Shown: piece by piece, positions 9,353 through 19,058 of the stretch
Layout of the letters: every line of letters starts with the position of its first letter
Numbering within the stretch: the stretch's first letter is position 1
Assembly (NCBI GenBank): GCA_041739665.1
Contig: JBGSNK010000077.1
Span: 11,204-75,203 of the forward strand
Direction of reading: 5' to 3'
Origin: Bdellovibrionales bacterium
GTDB taxonomy: Bacteria > Bdellovibrionota > Bdellovibrionia > Bdellovibrionales > JAGQZY01
DNA: 64,000 bases
Program-made: the position numbers and the translations under genes
The notes under the pieces: generated by a model
The model's input: the letters and a program-made list of their open reading frames with translations, nothing else
Told to the model about the DNA's origin: nothing
The model's database searches: none

Positions 9353-9355
9353 AAA

Positions 9356-9871
9356 TTATTTTTTTTCCTCAAAGGTGCGACGACGTTTGTTTTTCTGCAC
9401 ATGGGGCACCTTAAAGACATGATTGTGGAAGCTGATATAAAAACCGGGACTTAAGAGCTGGCAGGCGATCAGGGCTTCAATAAAATTTTGCGCAGCATCA
9501 GAGTCCTCAAAACCCATGGGTTTCATCGCACCGGTGAAAACGACGGCCACAGGGGGAGTGGGGCACTGGCTTTGGCAGTATTCAGCTGATTTTTCCATGG
9601 TATCCGTCCCATGCAGGATGACTATGGGGCTTTGGTGGGCGAATTCTTCTTCTATATTTTGCCAAATCTTGAGTCGATCCTCATCGGTCATATGCAGGGA
9701 ATCCTTGGCCATGAGCTCACGCAAAGTCACCTGGGTATGGGGCAAGCGCAAGCGGGATAAGAGCCGATTCTTGAGAAAGGACTGGCGGTTTTTGAGGGAC
9801 CCATCCATCTCATTGTAACTTTTTTCAATGGTCCCACCTGTCGTGAGAATTCGAACCTGATTTTGCGGCAT
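9356..9871 (-). CDS. asparaginase-domain protein (short, 171 aa)
   Basis: ILTTGGTIEKSY matches the TGGTI catalytic-Thr motif of the L-asparaginase N-terminal domain, followed by HGTDTM. It is only about half the length of classical asparaginases. Confidence 0.6.
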   Translation of the reverse strand: MPQNQVRILTTGGTIEKSYNEMDGSLKNRQSFLKNRLLSRLRLPHTQVTLRELMAKDSLHMTDEDRLKIWQNIEEEFAHQSPIVILHGTDTMEKSAEYCQSQCPTPPVAVVFTGAMKPMGFEDSDAAQNFIEALIACQLLSPGFYISFHNHVFKVPHVQKNKRRRTFEEKK

Positions 9872-9947
9872 GCAGCCTTTGTAGCACCATTTTTCCAGGG
9901 AGAAAACGGCAAATTTGTGTTAGGACTGCAAGATCCAAGGAGATGGT

Positions 9948-11597
9948 ATGGAATCCGAGAAGTCGCCCAAGAACTTTATTCACAACATTATCGACAGCGA
10001 TCTTAAGGAGAACAAACATCAAGGGCGTGTTCACACCCGCTTTCCCCCCGAACCTAACGGCTACCTCCACATTGGCCATGCGAAGTCCATTTGCCTTAAT
10101 TTTGGTATTAAAGAGACTTACTCGGGACTTTGCAATTTGCGTTTTGACGACACCAATCCAACCACAGAGGATCCCGAATACATTCAAGCGATTAAAGAAG
10201 ACATCAAATGGTTGGGATTTCAGTGGGACCATCTTTGTCATGCCTCCGACTACTTTGATCAGCTTTATGAATTTGCTGTTCAACTTATTAAAAAAGGCAA
10301 GGCCTACGTAGACTCCCTTAATGAAGCTCAGGTCAAAGAATATCGCGGTGATCACAACACTCCTGGTAAAAACAGCCCCTATCGCGACCGTAGCGTGGAA
10401 GAGAATCTGAAACTCTTCCAGGAAATGAAAGATGGTCAGTACAAAGATGGTGAGCATATTTTGCGGGCCAAAATTGATATGACTTCTGGGAATATGAATT
10501 TGCGCGACCCACTGATCTACCGCATCCGTCATACGCCCCACCCCATGACTGGAGACAAGTGGTGCATCTACCCGCTTTATGACTTCACTCATGGTCTTTC
10601 CGACGCCATTGAAGGGATCACCCACTCCATTTGCACCCTTGAGTTTGAGGACCATCGTCCCTTGTACGAATGGTTTCTAAAAGAATTGGATTTTGAACAA
10701 CCACCCCAGCAAATAGAATTTTCTAAACTCTTTTTAAGTCACGTGATTGTATCAAAACGCAATCTCAAAAAGCTTGTGGACGAAAAGCATGTGTCCGGTT
10801 GGGATGACCCACGCATGGCCACCCTTTCTGGATTCAGACGCCGCGGCTACACACCTGAATCCATTCGCGAGCTATGTCGCCAAGTGGGTGTTTCAAAAGC
10901 CTATTCGGTGATCGATTACAGTCTACTTGAAGAGTGTTTGCGCGACGATCTCAATAAAAAGGCGTCTCGACGCATGGTTGTGCTTCGTCCACTTAAAGTG
11001 ACTCTCACTAATTATGATAAGGTCGAAAAACTCAGTTCTCCCAATCACCCCCAAGAGGATACTTTGGGTTCGAGAGAAATTCCAATGAGCTCCTCGCTCT
11101 GGATTGAACAGGATGACTTTCTCGAAGAGGCCCCAAAAAAATTCTTTCGCCTGCGACCGGGAGGCGAAGTTCGCCTTCGCAACTCCTACATTATTCGCTG
11201 TGATGATGTGGTGAAAAATAATTCCGGACAAGTGATAGAGCTTAAGTGCAGCGTAGATTTAGACACTCTTGGTAAAAATCCAGAGGGTCGAAAAGTCAAA
11301 GGCATTATCCACTGGGTTAGCGCTAAGGATTCTGTCCCGGTTGAAGTGCGTCTTTACGACCGTCTGTTTGTTGACGCCAATCCAGGTGGTCATAAAGATA
11401 AAAACTTTCTTGAGTTTTTAAATAAGGATTCCCTGGAAATTTTAGAAAATTGTCAGGCCGAACCCAGTCTTCTCGGTTCAGTGGTCGGCGAATCTTTTCA
11501 GTTTGAGCGTTTGGGTTACTTTTGTGTGGACCCAGATTCAAGCAAAGAAAAGCTCGTATTCAATCGCTCCGTGAACCTTCGCGACACCTGGAAATAG
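9948..11597 (+). CDS. glnS: glutaminyl-tRNA synthetase
   Basis: 549 aa with the class I HIGH motif (PNGYLHIGHAKS), a KMSKS-like VSKRNL motif and the C-terminal GlnRS anticodon-binding region. Confidence 0.9.
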   Translation: MESEKSPKNFIHNIIDSDLKENKHQGRVHTRFPPEPNGYLHIGHAKSICLNFGIKETYSGLCNLRFDDTNPTTEDPEYIQAIKEDIKWLGFQWDHLCHASDYFDQLYEFAVQLIKKGKAYVDSLNEAQVKEYRGDHNTPGKNSPYRDRSVEENLKLFQEMKDGQYKDGEHILRAKIDMTSGNMNLRDPLIYRIRHTPHPMTGDKWCIYPLYDFTHGLSDAIEGITHSICTLEFEDHRPLYEWFLKELDFEQPPQQIEFSKLFLSHVIVSKRNLKKLVDEKHVSGWDDPRMATLSGFRRRGYTPESIRELCRQVGVSKAYSVIDYSLLEECLRDDLNKKASRRMVVLRPLKVTLTNYDKVEKLSSPNHPQEDTLGSREIPMSSSLWIEQDDFLEEAPKKFFRLRPGGEVRLRNSYIIRCDDVVKNNSGQVIELKCSVDLDTLGKNPEGRKVKGIIHWVSAKDSVPVEVRLYDRLFVDANPGGHKDKNFLEFLNKDSLEILENCQAEPSLLGSVVGESFQFERLGYFCVDPDSSKEKLVFNRSVNLRDTWK

Positions 11598-11728
11598 ATT
11601 TTTACTCTAAAATAAATGCTTCAAATCAAATTAAAAGGCATTTCACGCAGCTTTGTCCACTCTCTGCACTTTCCAGTTGTCAGCCCCCATCGGCCTTTAA
11701 TATGTTGAATTAAGCCCTGGGGGGAAAA

Positions 11729-12832
11729 ATGAAGTCTTTATTCTGTTTTATTTTGGTCTGTTTTCCGTTAGCACTTTTAGCCCAAGACCCATGGCCACAG
11801 TCACCTAACGACCAAACTTTGCAAAAAATGGCGGAGCACAATAGGCAACTCTCTTTATTAGAACCTAAGATTGCCAACGCCATACCCCTCCGAGACAAGG
11901 ACATCACTCCTTTTGCTGAATACCAACAAACAGGTTACATATTTTTTAGTGATGACGATTACCGAGGTTACGCAACCGAGATAAAAAATAAAATTGCAAA
12001 AACCCTTCCTCGCGATACAAAACTTGTTGTTTACACTTCTACGAGTCATCCGTCTCAACTTCAAAAAATTAAAGAACGATATATACAATATATTGAGGAA
12101 GATCGCTTAACGGTTGTACGTGTGCCATCTTCAGGCGTGACAGACTTTTGGTCTCGGGATGGGCTACCTGTACCCGTCTGGAATAAAGGTCAGTTTACAC
12201 TTGTCGATGCACGCTACTATTACAATTTTGAGCCCGACAACTTTCTTGCCCAATTATTTAATGTTCTTAAAACAAAACATGATTATTTCTTTGAAGGCGG
12301 TAATTTCATGGCAAACAGCCTTGGAGATTGTATTGTGGTCAATCGCCGCCGCTCTTACTCTGGTGGAACTTCTGACACAGCAGCCATCCCCGATTCTATT
12401 TTTCAAGATCATTATGGCTGCAACCGGTTGCTAAGGCTACGTCATCTTAAAGGAATCGGGCATGCCGATGAAGTTGTTAAATTTATGTCAGATAATATCG
12501 TTGTCACCGACACTGAGGATTATTTAGAACAGCTTAAAGAAGCTGGTTTTGAAGTTCACCTACTGCCCGAGCCGTCCCGTGAATATGAAACCTATGTAAA
12601 TTCCCTGCAGGTCAACGATACACTTTATGTACCACTTTTTGGCGGGCCTGAGGATGCGCAGGCTATCGCCGTTTATGAAAAACTCAATTTAGGTCTGAAA
12701 ATCGTTGCTATTGACACAAAGCTATTAGCCGCCAGGGGACAGGGTGGCATTCATTGCATTACTCAAAATTACCCACCTGTCCCCTTGCATGAACTCTTAA
12801 GGGTTTTAAATGGGAAAATTGTCGACCAATAA
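11729..12832 (+). CDS. agmatine deiminase / Porphyromonas-type peptidylarginine deiminase family protein with a signal peptide
   Basis: 367 aa. The C-terminal GGIHCITQ catalytic-Cys motif belongs to the guanidino-modifying family. The N-terminus MKSLFCFILVCFPLALLAQ looks like a Sec signal. Confidence 0.75.
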   Translation: MKSLFCFILVCFPLALLAQDPWPQSPNDQTLQKMAEHNRQLSLLEPKIANAIPLRDKDITPFAEYQQTGYIFFSDDDYRGYATEIKNKIAKTLPRDTKLVVYTSTSHPSQLQKIKERYIQYIEEDRLTVVRVPSSGVTDFWSRDGLPVPVWNKGQFTLVDARYYYNFEPDNFLAQLFNVLKTKHDYFFEGGNFMANSLGDCIVVNRRRSYSGGTSDTAAIPDSIFQDHYGCNRLLRLRHLKGIGHADEVVKFMSDNIVVTDTEDYLEQLKEAGFEVHLLPEPSREYETYVNSLQVNDTLYVPLFGGPEDAQAIAVYEKLNLGLKIVAIDTKLLAARGQGGIHCITQNYPPVPLHELLRVLNGKIVDQ

Positions 12833-12909
12833 CTTGAATTGATTTTATTTATAAGCCGAATCCGAAATGACTCTCAAGCATGGTCCGAACGGCTGCCCAA
12901 ATGCAGACT

Positions 12910-13890
12910 CTATTCGATACCCAAGTGGACAATCCTGGCCCCTGTCTGACTCACAGGATTCACACTTTTACCGATAACCACACCGTCCTCTGGAGCTAAG
13001 TATTCTTGCTTCATGCTGCCAAAGATATCTGTGATCTGGGCAATGACTTCACCCTTTTTTACCCGCTGTGTAACATGGGGAAAAACTTCGAGAAAGCCTC
13101 CTCGGTCCGTGTAAACCCAATAGGACTTTTCACAAAGAATAGGCTCTTGCTTGGAGTGTTCTTGCTCGACAGGCAACATCTTGAGGTGACTCAGAATATT
13201 GTGAACACCAACTAACGAAAATTTAATCAGCTTTTTTTGAAAACGCTGGGGGTCCCCCACTTCGACTGTTATGGCCGGGATTCCCATCTTGGCCGCAGCT
13301 CCTCTTAAGGACTTATCCTTGCCCTTGTTGTGGACAATAATTTGAGGGTGTTGGAGCAAGGCAAAGCGTTTTGATATAGGGTTTTCCATATCCGCCCGAA
13401 CATACAGAGAATTGACTCGCCCAAAGCTGGCGGTGTGAAGGTCAATGAGATAATCGAACTGGCTGACAATGTTTTTAATAAAACGCCATGAGTACTGCTC
13501 ACTTGAGTTTCCACTGGCTTTACCAGGCATGATTCGGTTGAGATCAATACCATTATTAAACTCGCGCGAATTGGCGATAAGTCCCGGAATATTCACAACC
13601 GGAACAGCAACCACAGTGCCACTTAAAACATCAATATCTTTCTCGATCTCCCGAATCAGATTATGCAGAACTTTGACTCCGTTGAGTTCATTACCATGCA
13701 CTGCAGCCGTGATGCCGACAACCGGCCCATTTTCTAAGCCACGCGCCACAAATACCGGCAACAGAACAGGGTACCCCATCCCATTTTCGGTAATGCGTAG
13801 ATGGTATCTTTGAGTTGTTCCAGGTGTTTGCTTGTGAAACAGAATACGGTCTTTAATTATAATATTGCTACTGGTAATCATAGATCTCAC
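12910..13890 (-). CDS. succinylglutamate desuccinylase/aspartoacylase (AstE/AspA) family zinc hydrolase
   Basis: 326 aa with AAVHGNELNG (HxxE zinc site) and DLHTAS motifs. The start may instead be the second ATG at 13881. Confidence 0.75.
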   Translation of the reverse strand: MRSMITSSNIIIKDRILFHKQTPGTTQRYHLRITENGMGYPVLLPVFVARGLENGPVVGITAAVHGNELNGVKVLHNLIREIEKDIDVLSGTVVAVPVVNIPGLIANSREFNNGIDLNRIMPGKASGNSSEQYSWRFIKNIVSQFDYLIDLHTASFGRVNSLYVRADMENPISKRFALLQHPQIIVHNKGKDKSLRGAAAKMGIPAITVEVGDPQRFQKKLIKFSLVGVHNILSHLKMLPVEQEHSKQEPILCEKSYWVYTDRGGFLEVFPHVTQRVKKGEVIAQITDIFGSMKQEYLAPEDGVVIGKSVNPVSQTGARIVHLGIE

Positions 13891-15316
13891 CGATGAAAGA
13901 GTCGTCTTTGTTTAGAGAGCGGAAAAGCTTTTTCTTTAAACCACCCTTTTCCCCAATTAAGTTTTGCGCCATTTGATCAATTGCGATAGTGGCCATCACT
14001 GTTTGAATGTAAGAGTCGATGAGCTCGTCAATCCCTACACCTAAAATATTAAAATCTTTGCGATCCATCAACATCAATCTGTTGGTCTCGGAGCTCCATT
14101 TGTCTTCGCCTAATTTGACCGAAAGGTTTGTCCCCAGCATATCCCAAGACTCTTCCGCCCCTTTTAAATCTTTGGAAAGGGGTTTGAGAGCTTTGCGAGC
14201 ATAAAAGCCAACCGGCCAAAATCCTTCATCTCCAGAGGTCACCATCAAGCGCATGTCGGCCACATAAATTTCGTTTTTTTTATCTGGCACCGTTCCCACA
14301 TGGTAGAGTTGCCCATCGGGACAAGTCGAGCTCCACTCTGAATTTCCAATTAGGGCTTGCACAATAAATTGATCATAAGCAAACTCGTCTTTCATAAATT
14401 GGTCCAACTCGCGTTCGCTTGTAATCGTAAACACACCTTGCCCCGCATTGCTGTACGGAACCTTAACCACGCCCTTACCACCTAGAGTCTTAATAACTAA
14501 AGGGACCTCTATTTTTGACACATCGTAAACAGTGTGTGGAGTGTTGATCTTCAGCCCATGCTGCAAAGATTGGGCGTTGAACAGCTCGTAAGCTTTGGCC
14601 GCCACCAGTTTATTCCTACCGCCAGCCATACATCCCACCACAGGGTTGAGAATGCGAGTTTTAGTCACCACCGGGATTCTACTCCACGGCTTTTGGGTCA
14701 CATAGCGCATGGCTGCCCGCACAGGTCGCCACTCTTCATTAATCCTAATCTCGAGAACACGATCCTCAGAATAACGCGAAAAATCCATCCAATCATTTTG
14801 AAAACAAGGAACCAGATAAACATCTTCACCGAATACATCTGCCATGGTCGCCGCATACCCCGAAGCTTCCATATGATTCTTGTCATAAAGAACAGCCAAT
14901 AAACCACTTGGATTTTTCTTATTGCGAAGCAAAGAGACAAATGAGTTTTCAAGCACTAAGCGATAACCCTTTTTACCGTCAAACTCGTCACTCATGGGCA
15001 TTGATTTTTGTCCAGAAGGGCAAGAGTTGGTTTCGATGACAACCGTCTGCTTTTGACCACCCGAAGTTGTGACTTGAAATAAATCCGCTCCCGCCCACTT
15101 GAGATAGCGACACTTGTAATTCAAATAATCACTTAGAACATATGCGTTGACACGCGGATTAAGATGGCAATAACGATTGATAATTCGATCTTTGCTTAGG
15201 CTCATAAAGTAGCGAACTAAGGGATGCAACTCTGCATTGAGCACCTTAGGATAAAAGTGATTGTTATTGTCAAAACTACCTGGCGAGAAAACTTCAAGCC
15301 TTCTTGTTTGGGGCAT
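13868..15316 (-). CDS. hypothetical protein, ATP-grasp-like ligase (tentative)
   Basis: 482 aa. GGKGVVKVPYSNAGQGVF and EIYVADMRLMV resemble the ATP-grasp phosphate-binding loop and Mg-site strands. It overlaps the downstream AstE-family gene. Confidence 0.4.
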   Translation of the reverse strand: MPQTRRLEVFSPGSFDNNNHFYPKVLNAELHPLVRYFMSLSKDRIINRYCHLNPRVNAYVLSDYLNYKCRYLKWAGADLFQVTTSGGQKQTVVIETNSCPSGQKSMPMSDEFDGKKGYRLVLENSFVSLLRNKKNPSGLLAVLYDKNHMEASGYAATMADVFGEDVYLVPCFQNDWMDFSRYSEDRVLEIRINEEWRPVRAAMRYVTQKPWSRIPVVTKTRILNPVVGCMAGGRNKLVAAKAYELFNAQSLQHGLKINTPHTVYDVSKIEVPLVIKTLGGKGVVKVPYSNAGQGVFTITSERELDQFMKDEFAYDQFIVQALIGNSEWSSTCPDGQLYHVGTVPDKKNEIYVADMRLMVTSGDEGFWPVGFYARKALKPLSKDLKGAEESWDMLGTNLSVKLGEDKWSSETNRLMLMDRKDFNILGVGIDELIDSYIQTVMATIAIDQMAQNLIGEKGGLKKKLFRSLNKDDSFIGEIYDYQ

Positions 15317-15500
15317 AAGGCCTCCTCAATATCCATTCAAGTGTGCCACACATCAATGTTGATTTTCAGTTATTTTTGTCATCAACCCACAGGATTAGCA
15401 CACTTTTAAAATCATCAATCCAATCCGGTCTTTTTCTTGGACCTCTCCTTAAAAAAGCAGTAACCTCTCTCCAGACAGAGGCCCAAATCGAAGGTGAAAA

Positions 15501-16889
15501 ATGGACAATGCCAAAATCACATTTCTTGGAGCCGCACAGACAGTTACCGGCAGCGCGACTTTAATTGAATACAACGACTATAAGGTCCTCATCGACTGCG
15601 GTATGTTTCAAGGACCTAAAACGATCCGCAAACGCAACTGGGAGCTCTATGACAAAGAGTTCGCGACAGGTCTAGACGCTGTTATTTTGACCCACGCCCA
15701 TGTGGATCATTCGGCAATGATCCCAAAGCTTTATCAGTTTGGCTTTCGTGGTCCTGTCTTTTGCACCCCAAGCACCTATGACCTCTGTCAGATTCTTTTG
15801 CCCGATACTGCGTATTTGCAGTCCGAGGATGTCAGGCGCCAACACGCCCACAAAAAACAAGAATACAAGACTCCTCTGTACACAATTGACGAGGCAAACG
15901 ATTCTTTACACCTCTTCCGAACAGTCGAACGCAACAGGTGGTTTGAGCTCGCCAATGGTTTAAGCTTTCAGCTTATAAGATCAGGGCATATTTTAGGCTC
16001 CAGTATTGTTCAAATATCCCTCAGTCATGACAATGGTGTGCGCCTAATCACATTCAGCGGCGACCTTGGCAATGGCCGTCAACGCATGATCAAGGCCCCT
16101 GAAGATGGACTAGAGACAGACGATCTCATTTTAGAATCCACTTATGGTGATCGAGTGCAAAGTAAAACACCGCCCGAAGAAAAACTGGCGGATTGCATCC
16201 ACCGCATTACAAAAAGTGGTGGAGCTCTTGTTATCCCAGCTTTTGCTGTCGGACGAACCCAAGAAATTTTATATATGATCAAAAGCCTGGAAGAACAGGG
16301 AGCAATCCCCAAAGTTCCTGTTTACCTGGACAGTCCCATGGCCCTTGAAGCGACCTCTCTCTACCTCCAATTTAGCGAAGATCTCAAGCTTGAGGTTAAG
16401 GAAGGGGTCTTAACGAAACCACTCGCCCCATCTCACTTTCAACGTGTGCAAAAAATGGAAGACTCAGTCCGCCTGATGAAAAAGAAAGGCCCCCTGGTGA
16501 TCATTTCGGCGGCGGGCATGCTCACAGGTGGACGCATTCTATACCATCTCAAAGAGCGACTGCCAGAGCCTGAGAATATTGTTCTCTTTGCCGGCTATCA
16601 GGCAGAAGAGACAAAAGGTCGCCTCTTACAGAATGGACTGAATAACATCCGTATTCATAAAGAGAATGTGCCTGTGAAAGCTCACATAGAAACCATTGAG
16701 TCTCTCTCGGCTCATGCCGACTCCGATGAACTTGTGGACTGGGTGCGCAAAATGAAGCGCCCTCCAAAAAGAATCTTTCTCAATCATGGGGAAAGAGCAG
16801 CACAAACGGCCTTAACCTATAGATTAATGCACGAACTTGATTTAAAAGCTATTATACCTGAGCCTGGCGAGAGTTTTGGATTTGAATAA
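15501..16889 (+). CDS. MBL-fold beta-CASP family hydrolase (RNA-metabolising type)
   Basis: 462 aa with the HAHVDHS (HxHxDH) motif, beta-CASP length and layout, and SAHAD near the C-terminus. Confidence 0.8.
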   Translation: MDNAKITFLGAAQTVTGSATLIEYNDYKVLIDCGMFQGPKTIRKRNWELYDKEFATGLDAVILTHAHVDHSAMIPKLYQFGFRGPVFCTPSTYDLCQILLPDTAYLQSEDVRRQHAHKKQEYKTPLYTIDEANDSLHLFRTVERNRWFELANGLSFQLIRSGHILGSSIVQISLSHDNGVRLITFSGDLGNGRQRMIKAPEDGLETDDLILESTYGDRVQSKTPPEEKLADCIHRITKSGGALVIPAFAVGRTQEILYMIKSLEEQGAIPKVPVYLDSPMALEATSLYLQFSEDLKLEVKEGVLTKPLAPSHFQRVQKMEDSVRLMKKKGPLVIISAAGMLTGGRILYHLKERLPEPENIVLFAGYQAEETKGRLLQNGLNNIRIHKENVPVKAHIETIESLSAHADSDELVDWVRKMKRPPKRIFLNHGERAAQTALTYRLMHELDLKAIIPEPGESFGFE

Positions 16890-16902
16890 TAAGGAGTTAA
16901 AG

Positions 16903-17409
16903 ATGAGCGAGTTGAAAAGTGAGAATATTGTTTATGTAAGTCCAGAAGATGATCTTCACACCCTGTTGACTTGTTTTAAGGTCAACCGAATCAGTCATGT
17001 TCCAGTTATTCGCGATAAGAAAGTGGTAGGAATGATTTCGAAAACTGACGTTGTCGAGATGCTCTACACTATCATGGTGGACCGAGGTGACGAGACTTTT
17101 TCTGAAATATGTAAAAACACTTTCGCCAAAAGTATTATGATACAACCCACCATCCAAGCTGATGTGAATGCCCCAGAAGCCGTTATTTTAGAAAAACTTA
17201 TGGATCATCAGGTGAGCTCAGTCGTTTTACAAAAAGATGGTCAGGTCGTTGGAATAGTCACAGAAAAAGACATGCTCTTGTATCTAGCTGACAAACAACA
17301 GGGTAAAGAATTAAGCGTCACCGAATCAATGGGCCTGCAAGTTGTGGAATGGATGGACAAAAATGGTTTAATGCGTCTTTCGCGCATGCTTGCGGACATC
17401 GGTATCTAA
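16903..17409 (+). CDS. CBS-domain pair protein
   Basis: Internal ATG with AAGGAG at 16890-16895. Two CBS-like repeats are present (HVPVIRDKKVVGMISKTD and SSVVLQKDGQVVGIVTEKD). Confidence 0.7.
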   Translation: MSELKSENIVYVSPEDDLHTLLTCFKVNRISHVPVIRDKKVVGMISKTDVVEMLYTIMVDRGDETFSEICKNTFAKSIMIQPTIQADVNAPEAVILEKLMDHQVSSVVLQKDGQVVGIVTEKDMLLYLADKQQGKELSVTESMGLQVVEWMDKNGLMRLSRMLADIGI

Positions 17410-17652
17410 GTTTTGGAAATTTTCTGCACACGCATCTTGTTTTCTAAAAATTGAGTCTTCTCAAATAACTGTTGCTCGAACTGTTTCTGCAAAAAGAAGC
17501 CTGCATTGCTGTCGACCTCGCGCCACCTCTTATTGACTCACTTCGATACAAGCTTGATTTATAATGTCTCATGCTGGGACGTAAAATAGTTCTAAGATCA
17601 TATTATTACTTAAGGTGAGATATATATTATACACTTAAGGCATGGGGGAGTT

Positions 17653-18444
17653 ATGGGCAAAGTAACATCTTTAATTAGTAATAAATCTGGTTTTAGTCTA
17701 GTCGAGCTCGTTATTGTTTCGGGCCTTCTTGGGATTTTGATCGCGGCAAGTGGCTCTATCATTCTCAATTTACAAAAGACTATGAATGGCCTTAATGCTC
17801 AACAAGAATTGACCTCGTTGAGTAGTGAAGTTCAAGGACGTATGATTGCTGAAAAGCTTTGTACGCCTTCTATCGTTCCTGCAAATAAATTTCAAAACTT
17901 TAGTCTCACACAGGCTTCAGCATTGAGCTCAAGCGCTAACGCTGGGATGCCATTCTCGTTTCTGTTAGCAAATGGAGAGAGCATTCAAGCAAACCAAACC
18001 CTTTTAGGCTACCCATTTTTGGTCGAGAGTTTTGAACTTTACGACGCTCAAATTGTTGATTCCTCACCACTTGAACAGACATATATGGCCAATGTTGTAG
18101 GGCGCTTTAAATACAATAGATCGGTAAATGGTCCCTCCGAGTTTCAAAGAAACTTCGGGACCCTTTTCATAAAAGTCAACAATAGCAATCAGATTACAAA
18201 TTGCTCAAAAACTGACTTGAGTTTAAGTGGCAGAGATTGCAAAGCTTGTGGAATAAACAACACCATATCCACACTTATTATGCAAAACCAAACATGCTCT
18301 CCACCAGGCGTTGAAATGATCGCGCCAGAAGGTTCCGTTCGTAGTAAAATTGTTAGCTGCCCGAGTGGACAAGCGAATATTTCTACAATCTGTATTAACG
18401 GCGAATGGAGAAGTATAGGAACTTGTGGCAAAGACAATAACTAA
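17653..18444 (+). CDS. prepilin-type N-terminal cleavage/methylation domain protein with a Cys-rich C-terminal module
   Basis: NKSGFSLVELVIVSGLLGILIA is a class III (type IV pilin) signal. The protein is 263 aa with 7 Cys in the last ~80 aa. GGGGGAG Shine-Dalgarno upstream. Confidence 0.75.
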   Translation: MGKVTSLISNKSGFSLVELVIVSGLLGILIAASGSIILNLQKTMNGLNAQQELTSLSSEVQGRMIAEKLCTPSIVPANKFQNFSLTQASALSSSANAGMPFSFLLANGESIQANQTLLGYPFLVESFELYDAQIVDSSPLEQTYMANVVGRFKYNRSVNGPSEFQRNFGTLFIKVNNSNQITNCSKTDLSLSGRDCKACGINNTISTLIMQNQTCSPPGVEMIAPEGSVRSKIVSCPSGQANISTICINGEWRSIGTCGKDNN

Positions 18445-18468
18445 TAATTAATTGTAAATATAAAATAG

Positions 18469-18696
18469 TCATTTATTGGTTCGAGCTGTTGCGATTGCGA
18501 GATCTATCTCAACCATCCATTGCTCGAGGAGCGTAAAATCGTAAGTTTCTTTACCATAAATCTCTGCCTCGACCATTTTTAATAAATCAGCGTCCATAAT
18601 TCTCACAAACGGATTTACGCTCTGACCGATTGTGTGCGAATCGCTCCAATCTAATAAAACCCAACCTCTTTCTACAAATACGAGGGAACAGATCAC
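18469..18696 (-). CDS. hypothetical ORF (possibly a gene remnant)
   Basis: 75-aa ORF with a GTG start, no convincing RBS and no recognisable family, in an AT-rich accessory stretch. Confidence 0.2.
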   Translation of the reverse strand: MICSLVFVERGWVLLDWSDSHTIGQSVNPFVRIMDADLLKMVEAEIYGKETYDFTLLEQWMVEIDLAIATARTNK

Positions 18697-18771
18697 AAGA
18701 ATGCTCGTGAAGTCTTCGAAAAAATATTCCCTGCCAATAAGGATGGGGTTTACACAACTGATACCGAAGTC

Positions 18772-18963
18772 ATGAAAGTTATCCTACCTGACAAAGAACA
18801 CCTGCTTTTAGGGGCTTTCACAGAAGATGAGGAAACTAAAAAGTTTTTTGAACATGGCAAGAGAGGAAAATTTGATTTTGAAGTTTGCTACTGCTCTCTA
18901 TACGAGCAGTGCTGGTTGCTGCACGGGAAAAATGAACATAAAAAAATAAGCCAATGTGATTGA
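18772..18963 (+). CDS. hypothetical ORF (possibly a 5'-truncated remnant)
   Basis: 63-aa ORF. The frame stays open upstream to 18658 without any start codon, which suggests a decayed larger gene. Confidence 0.2.
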   Translation: MKVILPDKEHLLLGAFTEDEETKKFFEHGKRGKFDFEVCYCSLYEQCWLLHGKNEHKKISQCD

Positions 18964-19023
18964 GGAGCCTGTGATTATTTTGGAGTCGCTGCGGTTTAAC
19001 AACAAATATCTTGGATTAGATTC

Positions 19024-19052
19024 TTGACTATATTGGACCATCATTCCATAAT
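19024..19052 (+). promoter_or_regulatory. sigma-70-type promoter, apparently giving a leaderless mRNA
   Basis: TTGACT (19024-19029), 17-nt spacer, CATAAT (19047-19052). The ATG of the next gene is at 19059, with no Shine-Dalgarno in between. Confidence 0.4.
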
Positions 19053-19058
19053 AGCCAA

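Noticed and set aside
9825-10655. A 276-aa ORF antisense to glnS. Many similar antisense or out-of-frame ORFs occur elsewhere, for example 3035..3355, 14534..14902, 38953..39483, 28744..29136 and 58919..59383.
   Set aside because: Each lies inside a gene with unmistakable family motifs on the other strand or frame. They have no RBS and no recognisable domains.
17485-17500. The exact 16-mer TTCTGCAAAAAGAAGC is shared between 17485-17500 (the edge of the accessory patch) and 49160-49175 (just downstream of tRNA-His). I considered it as a possible att-like repeat.
   Set aside because: A rough expectation for one 16-mer coincidence in 64 kb on both strands is about one, and higher for A-rich low-complexity sequence. 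Both copies are simply small hairpins (TTCT-GCAAAA-AGAA).
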